DNA from: a virus
Lineage: Duplodnaviria > Caudoviricetes
IMG/VR virus record: IMGVR_UViG_3300044766_000063
Coordinates: 1-53,982 of that record
Direction: 5' to 3' (one strand)
Length of the DNA stretch: 53,982 nt
How positions within the stretch are numbered: position 1 is the first letter of the stretch; the number at the start of each line of letters is the position of its first letter. The position numbers and the translations under genes are program-made. Shown in pieces: positions 45,671 through 53,982 of this stretch. The notes below the pieces were generated by a model that was not told the origin of the DNA, searched no databases, and saw only the letters and a list, made by a program, of their open reading frames with translations.

Positions 45671-46069
45671 TCAGGCTTGCACGGCCTTGGCGATTGCGGC
45701 GCGGGCAGCTTCAAGCCTTTGCGCTTGCGTCTTCCCGAGTGTGGTTGTATAGCTGAATGCCTCAAGAATGCGAGTTACACCTTGCAAGGCTTCCAGCAAT
45801 TCAGGTGCGGCGGCAATTAAGCGCGCGTTAGCCTCAAGGTTTGAATGGCCTGTTGAATTTATTAGCGCCCCCATATCAAAAATATGGGTTCCGTCAGTTT
45901 CAATAATATTCATAAAGCTGGAATTCTCGCGCGAATAGAGCCACGGTCCAGGCGTATGTTTGGTGTTCACGTTGGTAATTCCGGCAATCGCCACCGCCTC
46001 ACCGCGCACAATTGCGCCGGTTACGTGATGACGTAATGCGTTCAATGGTGCGTTGTTTTTCGTGTTCAT
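45671..46069 (-). CDS. Conserved phage protein
   Basis: HTPGPW...ANARLIAAAPELLEAL. Confidence 0.75.
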   Translation of the reverse strand: MNTKNNAPLNALRHHVTGAIVRGEAVAIAGITNVNTKHTPGPWLYSRENSSFMNIIETDGTHIFDMGALINSTGHSNLEANARLIAAAPELLEALQGVTRILEAFSYTTTLGKTQAQRLEAARAAIAKAVQA

Positions 46070-46102
46070 GGTTTTATCCTTTCGTATGCGCGTATAGGCG
46101 CT

Positions 46103-46384
46103 TTAGTTATTGCGCAAGCGTGCATGAATGGCTAAAGCCTCATCCCCGTATTTGGCGCAGTATTGCGTATAGTGCGCAATCAATGCTTGGCACGCTGTAC
46201 GCTCATCGTCAGACGATGCAGGGCGGGTTTTTTCGCGGTAATAGCTAACGCACCCTTCGGAATGCTGTTCTTCGCGCGTATAGACACTTAGCGCATAGCC
46301 GTTATACTTAACTGGGTTGCGGTAAAATATTGCAGGCTTGCCGGTTAGCTTTTCGATCCTGATAACTGCATGTAAAGTTTTCAT
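46103..46384 (-). CDS. Hypothetical protein
   Basis: ATGA coupling; QHSE...YY..TRPA motif. Confidence 0.6.
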   Translation of the reverse strand: MKTLHAVIRIEKLTGKPAIFYRNPVKYNGYALSVYTREEQHSEGCVSYYREKTRPASSDDERTACQALIAHYTQYCAKYGDEALAIHARLRNN

Positions 46385-46512
46385 GCTTGCGCCCCTTTCA
46401 TTGCATTAAGCCATAACGTAACCTGCGCCGGACTAACCCCGTACTCCTCAGCCTTAGCGACTGCAAAAATAACGGACTCTTTCGCTGTTTCAATAAATTC
46501 CTTTTGAGACAT
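46381..46512 (-). CDS. Small hypothetical protein (43 aa)
   Basis: MSQKEFIETAKE...; preceded by the leader motif and AAGGGG. Confidence 0.5.
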   Translation of the reverse strand: MSQKEFIETAKESVIFAVAKAEEYGVSPAQVTLWLNAMKGAQA

Positions 46513-46602
46513 AGCAACCCCTTAGCCCCTGTTTACCCGAGGCGCGGTTAGAGTGTTTAGCCACTCCCTGCGCCCCCTTATGGGAAGAGGCGCAAGGCGG
46601 GA

Positions 46603-47148
46603 CTAAACGCCGCAAGCCATAGCATCCTGGAAACGATGTTCTACGGCATACGCGCGGTAGGCTTGCTCTGTTAGGTCTTGCGCGGTCTCTTCGATGTAGT
46701 CGTCATCTTCGGAACCGATACCCCAAAGCGCGAAGGTGTAGTCAATAGGCGCGTCTTCGTTGTCGGTTATGTCGGTAACGACTACGCCGCACCAATGCCA
46801 ATTATCATTAGCCCATCCGCTTAAATATTCAAAATCATGGCGGACTGACTCGGCGGTAATTTCACCCTTTGTTGGGGTGCGGCCTAGTTTGGCGGTAAGT
46901 GTGGCGAGACGATCCGCACCTAACCCCCAGCCTTCAGCCTTTGCCTTTTTCATAGTTGCGGCATGATCATAAAAACGTTTGGAATGACGGTCTGAGCTTA
47001 ACAACCATTCTCCCGCGTGTTTGTCGCGTGTAACCCAGTCGCTTACTATGCCGTGTCCGTCATGTTCATTCCATGGTGCGCCCATGTCTTGATCGTCTGA
47101 CGTGTCAATGCGGTAAGTACGGCTATTTAGTTCAATAGTGTTTTGCAT
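46603..47148 (-). CDS. Conserved acidic phage protein
   Basis: PWNEHDGHG.VSDW and W.WCGVVVT...LWGI; AAGGA RBS. Confidence 0.7.
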   Translation of the reverse strand: MQNTIELNSRTYRIDTSDDQDMGAPWNEHDGHGIVSDWVTRDKHAGEWLLSSDRHSKRFYDHAATMKKAKAEGWGLGADRLATLTAKLGRTPTKGEITAESVRHDFEYLSGWANDNWHWCGVVVTDITDNEDAPIDYTFALWGIGSEDDDYIEETAQDLTEQAYRAYAVEHRFQDAMACGV

Positions 47149-47176
47149 GGTAATCCTTTCGTTATTTAACGGTTGT

Positions 47177-47392
47177 TTAACGGTCTTCTAACGTGTATTC
47201 GTCCGGTACAGTCTCGGGGCTTGTGAATGGCTCTAGGCAATCATCCACACAACCTACGCCGCTATCAGTAAAATCATCGGGGGCTTCTGCTGCAAGCTCT
47301 GAAGCCGTCAAACACTCGGGGCAATCGGTAGGCAGTGCGAAGACCTGCAAGGCCAAAACCAGGCACACGGCAAGGGAGAGGGCGCGGATCAT
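47177..47392 (-). CDS. Small secreted acidic protein
   Basis: Signal-like N-terminus; CPEC and CVDDC. Confidence 0.5.
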   Translation of the reverse strand: MIRALSLAVCLVLALQVFALPTDCPECLTASELAAEAPDDFTDSGVGCVDDCLEPFTSPETVPDEYTLEDR

Positions 47393-47739
47393 GACTGCAC
47401 CTTCTCACGCTTCAAAACAAGGCGAAACGGTGCGGACTCATTCGCGCGGTATTCTTTCAGCCGTTCGCGCGCTTCTTTGCGGGTCTCTTCGGCTGTTACA
47501 CATTCCCAGCCGTGCTCATATTGGCCTTGAACCTCCCAACTATCAACAGTGGAGCGGATCAAGGCATACGTGGTGCCCGCTGGCATACGCGATACAGGCG
47601 GCAAACCATCATGGGCGCGGCATGAGTTATAGTCCTGCAAAGCGCAAGCCCTGAAGGTTTGGCCGTATCCATCGGCGGCTATAGTTGAATAGCTCCCCTG
47701 TTCAGCCGTAGGGGGTACGGTTACGTTATAGCGGGCCAT
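47389..47739 (-). CDS. Hypothetical protein
   Basis: VQGQY..GWE..T.EET..EA..LKEYR.NE; GGAG RBS. Confidence 0.6.
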   Translation of the reverse strand: MARYNVTVPPTAEQGSYSTIAADGYGQTFRACALQDYNSCRAHDGLPPVSRMPAGTTYALIRSTVDSWEVQGQYEHGWECVTAEETRKEARERLKEYRANESAPFRLVLKREKVQS

Positions 47740-47740
47740 T

Positions 47741-48142
47741 TTAGTTAATCTCCGCAAGTTGGTTAAGTTCATCCACATTGAACAGACGCGCAAGCCCTGC
47801 ATTCTGGCGCTTTAATTCGCGGGCTATCTTTTCCAGCTTGCGCACGTCTTCCATGCTGTGGACTTCGTAGCCGTAAGAGTTGATTAAATCGTCTACGGTC
47901 TCGGGTTCGTTAGAATCAAGACAAGCCAAAATATCATAGGCGGAAGGCTCCACCCCAGCGTTAGCGATTGACTGCCCAAACTTGGCAGTATAGGACTTGC
48001 CATTGCGCGACAAGGTAAAGCGGTAAATATCGCGGCAATCCTTGTCATCGGCAAAATAGAAGTCATGCTCTACAAAGACAATGGTTAATTTTGTGCCTGT
48101 TGACTTCAGGAAGTCTTGAGCCTGTTTAATATATTCGTTCAT
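47741..48142 (-). CDS. Conserved phage protein
   Basis: EYIKQAQDFL...FGQSI...PSAYDILACL; AAGGAG RBS. Confidence 0.7.
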   Translation of the reverse strand: MNEYIKQAQDFLKSTGTKLTIVFVEHDFYFADDKDCRDIYRFTLSRNGKSYTAKFGQSIANAGVEPSAYDILACLDSNEPETVDDLINSYGYEVHSMEDVRKLEKIARELKRQNAGLARLFNVDELNQLAEIN

Positions 48143-48186
48143 GTTTCTATACTCCTTTGGTAGTAGCCCTTATCCGAAAGGCGCGG

Positions 48187-48369
48187 TTATTCTATTTCGA
48201 TCAAGTCCGATGCCAGGTAAACGGCAGTCGGGACAAACCCAGCACTAAAGCCTGAGTTTTGAGCCTGAACCAATACGCGAGGCCCGCGCAATTCCATCAC
48301 GGTGAAACATTCCCCTGCTTCGTTCTCTGTTAGCGGGTGCTTAAACTTCACTGTTTGGCCTTGTTTCAT
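48187..48369 (-). CDS. Small SH3-like protein
   Basis: MKQGQTVKF...; AAGGGG RBS. Confidence 0.5.
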   Translation of the reverse strand: MKQGQTVKFKHPLTENEAGECFTVMELRGPRVLVQAQNSGFSAGFVPTAVYLASDLIEIE

Positions 48370-48379
48370 GGTTGCCCCC

Positions 48380-48499
48380 TTATACCGGATCATGCGAAGC
48401 CATTTCAACCAATGCCGCAAGCTCTGCCGCTTCAATGGTCAGGAATTGCTCAATAGTGACTTCTTGCTTGTTGCCGTTGTTGTCATAGATAGTGATCAT
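48380..48499 (-). CDS. Small hypothetical protein (39 aa)
   Basis: MITIYDNNGNKQEV...; preceded by the leader motif and AAGGA. Confidence 0.45.
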   Translation of the reverse strand: MITIYDNNGNKQEVTIEQFLTIEAAELAALVEMASHDPV

Positions 48500-48635
48500 G
48501 ATATTTTCCTTTAGCCCGAAAGTATCGCCTAGGCGCGCGGTTAACGATTGTTAACGGGTAGAACGTAAAGAAGCGATTGCATGAGCCAATAGGCTAGGCT
48601 CTTTTGTTTGTTTGGTCTTATCAAACCCACAGCGG

Positions 48636-48827
48636 CTATTTGCGGCTTAAGTTATGGATTGCTTCTGTTAAGTCTTCAAGTGCCAGCATGTAACCCTGAT
48701 TCTTTACAATCATTCCCGCAACTTGAGGATTGAGCTTTAATGGCATTAATTCATTAATCCGTTTTTCTGCCTCATGCCATAGTTTATCGGCTTGGGTAAG
48801 TACTGCTTTATGAGTCTTATTTAACAT
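48636..48827 (-). CDS. Hypothetical protein
   Basis: GGAG RBS. Confidence 0.55.
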   Translation of the reverse strand: MLNKTHKAVLTQADKLWHEAEKRINELMPLKLNPQVAGMIVKNQGYMLALEDLTEAIHNLSRK

Positions 48828-49004
48828 GGCTTGCTTCTCCCTGGTAATGATTAAGTAACAACCTACAACCCAAACTCTACAGAACTCATTGGTAAATGTC
48901 TATACATTTATGCAAATAAACGTTAGTACCCGATTCGGATAAAGTGGGAATATTATGTCAAATGCCAAGCGCCAATGAATACAAACACTTGATAATTTTT
49001 GATT

Positions 49005-49361
49005 ATGAAAGTTAGCGAAAAACCGCCAGCCGCCTACAGTGTCCGCGCTTCGGTGGAGAAGTCAGGCCTTCCTACCCGTGCCAGGAATAAGATTTATCAG
49101 CAGGCCGAAGTAAAGCCGCTTAACGTGATGATGCAAGCCCTTGCAGAGCGTTACAAGCTGGCAGACGCCATCCAGGACGATCCAGAAGCCCGCGCTAAGG
49201 CCATGAGTGAGGCTGTAGCCGTAGCGGAGAAGGTAGCGCCATATCTTCACCCCAAGCTTCAGGCTACAACGATTAAGGGGGATGCGGATAACCCCCTAGC
49301 CTTCTCTGTAAGCCTGCCTGATAGCCTGCTACTTATGGCGGCTATACGTGGTAAGCGGTAA
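49005..49361 (+). CDS. Putative terminase small subunit
   Basis: AEKVAPYLHPKL motif and GDADNPL tail; upstream of TerL. Confidence 0.6.
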   Translation: MKVSEKPPAAYSVRASVEKSGLPTRARNKIYQQAEVKPLNVMMQALAERYKLADAIQDDPEARAKAMSEAVAVAEKVAPYLHPKLQATTIKGDADNPLAFSVSLPDSLLLMAAIRGKR

Positions 49362-49502
49362 ATGGTGTACGTATCGGGTGCCCGCTTTGTACATCATCTT
49401 GCCCGTACACTTGCCAATGCATAGGCGCTCTTACGTAAGTGCTTGATTATCTCGAAGAAGTGGAGACAAGGGCACAGGTTGTTAGCCTGTACCCCATAAC
49501 CC

Positions 49503-52409
49503 ATGAGACCTGAAGACATAGCGCGACTGATTAGAGAGGAGGCGAGGCGAGGCGCACAGCCTAAAGACCTGGGCATTGAAGGCGAAAAAGGGCAGCTACA
49601 ATCCAGCCCTTCAAAACCGGAAAAGCAAAATGAAATTGCTGATGCTGAGATTCCCCCCCCCTCAGCATCTCCCCATCCGCAACCTGAAATTTTTTCCGCC
49701 CAAAATTTTTCAGATCGTAAAGATTCGTCTCCTTACGCTGACACTCCAAAATTTTTCCGCCAATTTTTGGAGCCAGATAACGGTAGTCTAACCAAAGCCG
49801 TACCGTTACTTAACGCAACTCTGTGCCAGCAGTACGACTCATGCCTTGATGTGCCTTTCCTGGACATCTTCAAGTGGTGGGAAGAGAAGACCGACCGGTA
49901 CAAGAACCTGCCTCTCGTCAGAGCGTTGTGCATGTACGACAGGTTCTTCTTGCTCGTTCAGATGTTCGGTCGTCAGGACATGCTTCATGAATGGCTTTAT
50001 GAGCGTTGTAGGGAAGTGGAGAGAGAGCCGGATAACTGTCTCGATCTGTGGAGTCGATTTCACTATAAAGCGGTGGACTTGCGTGAAGTTGTTCCGACTC
50101 CTTCTGGATGGAAGCGTCATGGAGATTTAGAGCCGGAAGATTATGTTTTTGGCCCGGACGGAAAACCGAAGAAAGTTCTTGCTCGGACAGAAGTGTTTAC
50201 GGATGCTGATTGTTGGGTTGTGAAGTTTGATAAAGGGTATGAAGTTGTCGTTTCAGCCGAACATCTTTGGACGGTGGACATCGCTTCAAAGGTAAGAGTT
50301 GGTGATGGTCGTGAAGGCAGGAAGACTGTAACGATCAACACCAGAGAACTTGCTGCTGAAGTCGCTCATTCCAAAGCAGTTGAGAGCAGAGTCTTACCTT
50401 CCGTTCCGGTAGCGAAAGCACTTGAGTATTCCGCATCAAGTCTTCCTGTCCCTCCCTATGTGTTGGGTGTGTGGTTGGGGGATGGAAATAAGGCTGACGG
50501 ACGTATCTCGAAAGATTTTCAGGATGAAATCATCTTGGAGAAAATCCGCGCCTGTGGTTTTGCAGTTGAACGTAAAGCTGGATTGAGCGTACAAATCTTC
50601 GGCCTTCTGCCGAAGTTGAAGACGTTGGGAGTCTGGAATGATAAGCACGTTCCAGTGAGTTATCTCACTGCCTCAATTGCGGATCGCTGGGAGCTTTTGA
50701 GTGGTTTGATGGATACAGATGGTCACTGTGATATTCGCGGTACAGCGACTTTCGTAAACAAGAGCGCAGCTCTCGCTGGGAATGTTTTTGAACTGGCCGT
50801 ATCGTTAGGTTTAAAACCTTCGCTACGGCATGTGGATGGAACTTACAACGACCAACCTTATCCGTATTATCAGGTCTCTCTTCAGTCCAGACATGATAAG
50901 CAAGTCTTCAGTCTTCCCAGAAAACAGGAACGCTCTACCGATGGGAAGGTGACTCGCTCTGGTCGTCATGCAATAGTCTCTGTAGAACCGGCTGATACGA
51001 TTCCTGTGTCTTGTATTCAAGTGGAAGGTGGAGAGTACCTGATCGGGGAACACTGCATCCCGACTCACAACTCCACCATCATTACTTACGCTGGGGTAAT
51101 TCAGGAGATTTTGAAAGACCCGGAGCTGACGGTTGGAATCTTTAGCCATGTGAAACCCATCGCTAAAGGTTTCTTGAGCCAGATCAAGCGGGAGCTTGAG
51201 TCTAATGAGCAGTTGAAGAAGCTGTTCCCTGATGTTCTATACGACAATCCTGAACGTCAGAGTCCGTCATGGTCGGTGGATAACGGGCTGATCGTGAAGA
51301 GACGGGGTAACCCGAAAGAACCTACGATTTCGGCCTGGGGTCTTGTTGACGGTCAACCTGTCTCAGCTCACTACAGACTGAGAGTCTATGATGACGTGGT
51401 GACTCAGGCATCTGTCTCGACTCCCGAGCAGGTCTCGAAAACGACTGAGGCGTTTGAACAATCCGCGAACTTGGGAACTGAGGACGGTCGGCGTTGGATG
51501 GTGGGTACGCGGTGGTCTTATGCGGATACTTACGCCGAGATCATGAAGAAGAAGATGGTGAAAGTCCGTCTTTATCCTGCCACGGACGATGGGACGTTTA
51601 CCGGGAACCCGGTATTGTGGTCGCCCGAGTTTAACGAGCAGATGAAACTTGAACAGGGAGAGGCGACTTATGCAACGCAATGTCTTCAGAACCCACTTGC
51701 AGGCAACCAGAAGATGTTCGATGTGGCCGATCTTCAGACTTACGAAGTCAGACCTGAAACGCTTGCAGTTTACATCCTCATTGACCCGGCGAGATCGAAA
51801 AAGACGGATTCTGACAACACGGCTATGGTTGTTGTGGGTCTGGACTACGCAGCGAACAAATACATCCTTGATGGGTTTAACCACAAGATGGACTTGCAAG
51901 AACGCTGGCAAAATACAGCCCGTCTCTATGAACGATGGAAACGAGCTACAGGGGTACAAGCTTTATATGTCGGATACGAAAGTTTCGCTGCGCAAGCCGA
52001 CTTGGACTATTTCCACGAACAGCAGAACCTGACGAAGATTCACTTCAACATAGTTGAGTTGGCTTGGCCCCGAGAAGGAGGTGGTTCAAAGATGGATCGT
52101 GTACAAAGACTTGGCCCGGATATGCGAAGTCACAAAATCTTCCTGCCTTATCCAACCGACGAAAAAAACCTGACTGCGGGTCAGAGAAAAATGACCCAGG
52201 GTTATGACTACCGTATTGCTCACAAGATCAAACGGAAAGATGAGAACAATGAGGCTTACGATTTGGCAGAACAACTCAAAGAACAGATATTTTATTTTCC
52301 ATTTGGAGGGAAGAAGGATTTGGTGGATGCGCTCTCCCGGATTTATGACATGGAACCCAGGGCACCAAGTTATCGTGAGCAGCGTTATTCAGAACCGGAG
52401 TTTGTATGA
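49503..52409 (+). CDS. Terminase large subunit (intein-containing)
   Basis: Walker A SRFHYK|ST, Walker B VYDDVV, VGTRW, nuclease ILIDPA and KDLVDALS; true start uncertain. Confidence 0.9.
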   Translation: MRPEDIARLIREEARRGAQPKDLGIEGEKGQLQSSPSKPEKQNEIADAEIPPPSASPHPQPEIFSAQNFSDRKDSSPYADTPKFFRQFLEPDNGSLTKAVPLLNATLCQQYDSCLDVPFLDIFKWWEEKTDRYKNLPLVRALCMYDRFFLLVQMFGRQDMLHEWLYERCREVEREPDNCLDLWSRFHYKAVDLREVVPTPSGWKRHGDLEPEDYVFGPDGKPKKVLARTEVFTDADCWVVKFDKGYEVVVSAEHLWTVDIASKVRVGDGREGRKTVTINTRELAAEVAHSKAVESRVLPSVPVAKALEYSASSLPVPPYVLGVWLGDGNKADGRISKDFQDEIILEKIRACGFAVERKAGLSVQIFGLLPKLKTLGVWNDKHVPVSYLTASIADRWELLSGLMDTDGHCDIRGTATFVNKSAALAGNVFELAVSLGLKPSLRHVDGTYNDQPYPYYQVSLQSRHDKQVFSLPRKQERSTDGKVTRSGRHAIVSVEPADTIPVSCIQVEGGEYLIGEHCIPTHNSTIITYAGVIQEILKDPELTVGIFSHVKPIAKGFLSQIKRELESNEQLKKLFPDVLYDNPERQSPSWSVDNGLIVKRRGNPKEPTISAWGLVDGQPVSAHYRLRVYDDVVTQASVSTPEQVSKTTEAFEQSANLGTEDGRRWMVGTRWSYADTYAEIMKKKMVKVRLYPATDDGTFTGNPVLWSPEFNEQMKLEQGEATYATQCLQNPLAGNQKMFDVADLQTYEVRPETLAVYILIDPARSKKTDSDNTAMVVVGLDYAANKYILDGFNHKMDLQERWQNTARLYERWKRATGVQALYVGYESFAAQADLDYFHEQQNLTKIHFNIVELAWPREGGGSKMDRVQRLGPDMRSHKIFLPYPTDEKNLTAGQRKMTQGYDYRIAHKIKRKDENNEAYDLAEQLKEQIFYFPFGGKKDLVDALSRIYDMEPRAPSYREQRYSEPEFV
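50070..51071 (+). mobile_element. Class 3 intein with LAGLIDADG endonuclease (334 aa)
   Basis: Ala1 start, EHLW, VSCIQV, PTHN|S; LGVWLGDG and LSGLMDTDG. Confidence 0.9.
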
Positions 52410-52514
52410 AGATCGGTGTAATCATTAAATTGAGTAGTGGCATGAAAATCGAACTTACCGAAGCGGAAATTTTGGAACTACGAAATCATCTGAATGTGAT
52501 ATACGGCACAACTA

Positions 52515-52805
52515 ATGTGCGGTCTTATCAGACATCACTTCAAATTGGGCCTGTCCCATTATATTACGGGGCGGGTTGTTGATATGAACGTAATCCTGCA
52601 CGGTGAAGGCAAGGAAATCAGAATGCACCGCACAGATATAGACCAGGTTCAGCACAAGCTCGTTGTCCCAACCAAGGTCTTCTCAAGAAAAAACAAGTGG
52701 GCTGATCCGGTCGGTGTTGATCGGAACTTAACTTATAAGTTCGCTTGCCAGATCGGTGATTATTACCACTATCAATTGAGCCACGTCACAAGCAAACAAT
52801 CATAG
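52515..52805 (+). CDS. Hypothetical protein
   Basis: ORF after TerL; start uncertain. Confidence 0.4.
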   Translation: MCGLIRHHFKLGLSHYITGRVVDMNVILHGEGKEIRMHRTDIDQVQHKLVVPTKVFSRKNKWADPVGVDRNLTYKFACQIGDYYHYQLSHVTSKQS

Positions 52806-52854
52806 GGTACTTTCGGACTACTCTCGTTCACTGGACGTGGCAATAAATAGTAAC

Positions 52855-53260
52855 ACATCAAGACGCATGGCGATTAGCCGCAAGGCCAAACAGTAGGGCG
52901 GATACAACCCGGATGGTTTCGGCCATGGTGCGGGTGTCCTCGGAAAGCCGCTTAGTCGCCAGCCGTGTTGGTGTAAATGGGCAGTAATGCGTATGCGCAG
53001 GCTGTTGCGCGCCGGGGGATTAAAGTTCCAGAAAAGTTTGCCAGACCCGGAAGCCAAAAATCAAAACTGGATTGGAGAGATCAGCACTTCACACCAACAA
53101 CATAATCGTAAGTTGTACCAAGACGTATATCAGTTAGCTTTAGGGTAATACCACGCGCCGGTTAATATCCGGGGAGGTTAGCTGATATATCGTGTTGGTG
53201 TAATGCGTAGGCTGAAAATAACATTTCGCAAACTTCTGAGATCAGCACAGAAACACCAAC
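52855..53260 (+). ncRNA. Array of structured non-coding elements
   Basis: Alternating AAGACG/CGTGTTGGTG-closed hairpins and GTTGGTGT...AGATCAGCA...ACACCAAC units with compensatory changes. Confidence 0.6.
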
Positions 53261-53328
53261 TTCAATTCGCAGGTGCAACTTAACACAAAGCCTGTAACCG
53301 CCCGCAAGGGTCTTTATAGGAGAGCAGC

Positions 53329-53571
53329 ATGAACGCAGTCGTTGCAAAGATGAATTGCCATTACATCCAGACGCAGGATTTTGGATACAACGCCCAGTAC
53401 CACAAAGTAATGTTGGGTGCCGTGTACGGCCAAGAAGGCGAGAACAAGGACTTTGCTGATGCAACGCCTTCCGGCGAGTGCTGGATGAATATTAATACAG
53501 GCCGTCCAGCGTTGGGATTTTTCAAGCCGAACAAAAAGTATTACGTCACTTTCACGGAGGCACCTGATTGA
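53329..53571 (+). CDS. Conserved phage protein
   Basis: EN..FADATPSG..M.I...YYVTFTEA; AGGAG RBS. Confidence 0.75.
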   Translation: MNAVVAKMNCHYIQTQDFGYNAQYHKVMLGAVYGQEGENKDFADATPSGECWMNINTGRPALGFFKPNKKYYVTFTEAPD

Positions 53572-53753
53572 AACGACTCTGGATCACCCAGAAGATAGCC
53601 CACTTGTTGGGCTATTTTTTTTGCCCGATGTGCGAAAAGTTTACCCGGAATAAATCAAAGTATCTGATTGGTGGTCATCATCTTTGCAATATATGTACCA
53701 GTGAAGTAATCAGCCAGAATATCAAGAGCTGGTACGGTGATTACAAATCTTGA
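53568..53753 (+). CDS. Small Zn-finger-like protein
   Basis: CPMC and CNIC; TTGA overlap. Confidence 0.4.
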   Translation: MKRLWITQKIAHLLGYFFCPMCEKFTRNKSKYLIGGHHLCNICTSEVISQNIKSWYGDYKS

Positions 53754-53947
53754 ACTACGCCAGATCAACAAAAGCCGGAATGACATTTTCTTCCAATATC
53801 TGCGAGGTCTGCGGCAAGAGCCGGAATTTACCTGTCCACAAAGAATGTTCAAAACTGAAACAGAAAGTTTATGCAGCACAACGAGCTAAGACTTATCAAT
53901 CTTTACATCTCGCTGAAGGTGGCGAAAGCCAAAGCGAATCTGTTTAA
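53750..53947 (+). CDS. Small Zn-finger-like protein
   Basis: CEVCGK...HKECS; overlapping start. Confidence 0.45.
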   Translation: MNYARSTKAGMTFSSNICEVCGKSRNLPVHKECSKLKQKVYAAQRAKTYQSLHLAEGGESQSESV

Positions 53948-53982
53948 AGATAAGGAAATCGAAATACCCAATTCATTGATGG

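Larger units (their letters stand above)
44914..46284 (+). repeat. Cluster of CGCGCGTATAGG-type direct repeats
   Basis: Exact at 44931, 45135, 45154, 45360; variants at 44914, 45612, 46087, 46273. Confidence 0.7.
43816..48542 (-). repeat. Six dispersed pseudoknot-like leader elements upstream of SD sequences
   Basis: Copies at 43816-43850, 44298-44328, 45585-45618, 46518-46549, 48152-48188 and 48506-48542. Confidence 0.7.

Noticed and set aside
46243-46350. Second attC site (AGCTAAC...GTTAGCT)
   Set aside because: Lies inside a CDS and lacks L boxes and internal pairing
52855-53260. Canonical tRNA cluster or CRISPR array
   Set aside because: No GTTCRA T-loop or anticodon arm; repeats are inverted pairs with structured interiors, not equal direct repeats with spacers; no cas genes

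Overview
Nearly all of a temperate podovirus-like phage genome, probably from a Betaproteobacterial host (inferred from gene content and sigma70 signals). The portal gene is not in the window. Order: scaffold and N4-gp56-like major capsid (149-2135); accessory virion genes mixed with glycan-modifying enzymes (GT2, TylF-like methyltransferase, methyltransferase-GT9 fusion) and an HNH; P22-like tail and ejection genes; a PurD-like ATP-grasp enzyme; tail fibre; lysis cassette with an embedded o-spanin (22527-23899). Then an accessory region, a large serine integrase whose 3' end holds an attP-like copy of the initiator tRNA-Met 3' end, recombination genes (ssb, YqaJ), a cI/cro switch with recognisable operators, a replication initiator, a nin-like region with two DNA methyltransferases, a leftward cluster of small genes (42.6-48.8 kb), TerS, TerL with a class-3 intein, and a structured non-coding array (52.85-53.26 kb). 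Best leads: six covarying pseudoknot-like leaders in front of Shine-Dalgarno sites; a modular ncRNA array whose closing helix recurs at 3.1 kb; a stand-alone BrxR/CapW-like wHTH; an integron attC cassette; a mini-protein resembling the CI C-terminus; a dual-frame C5-methyltransferase split by an HNH; an in-frame UGA in Dam; and a possible virion glycosylation and ligation system. All family assignments are by motif recognition only; no database search was run.
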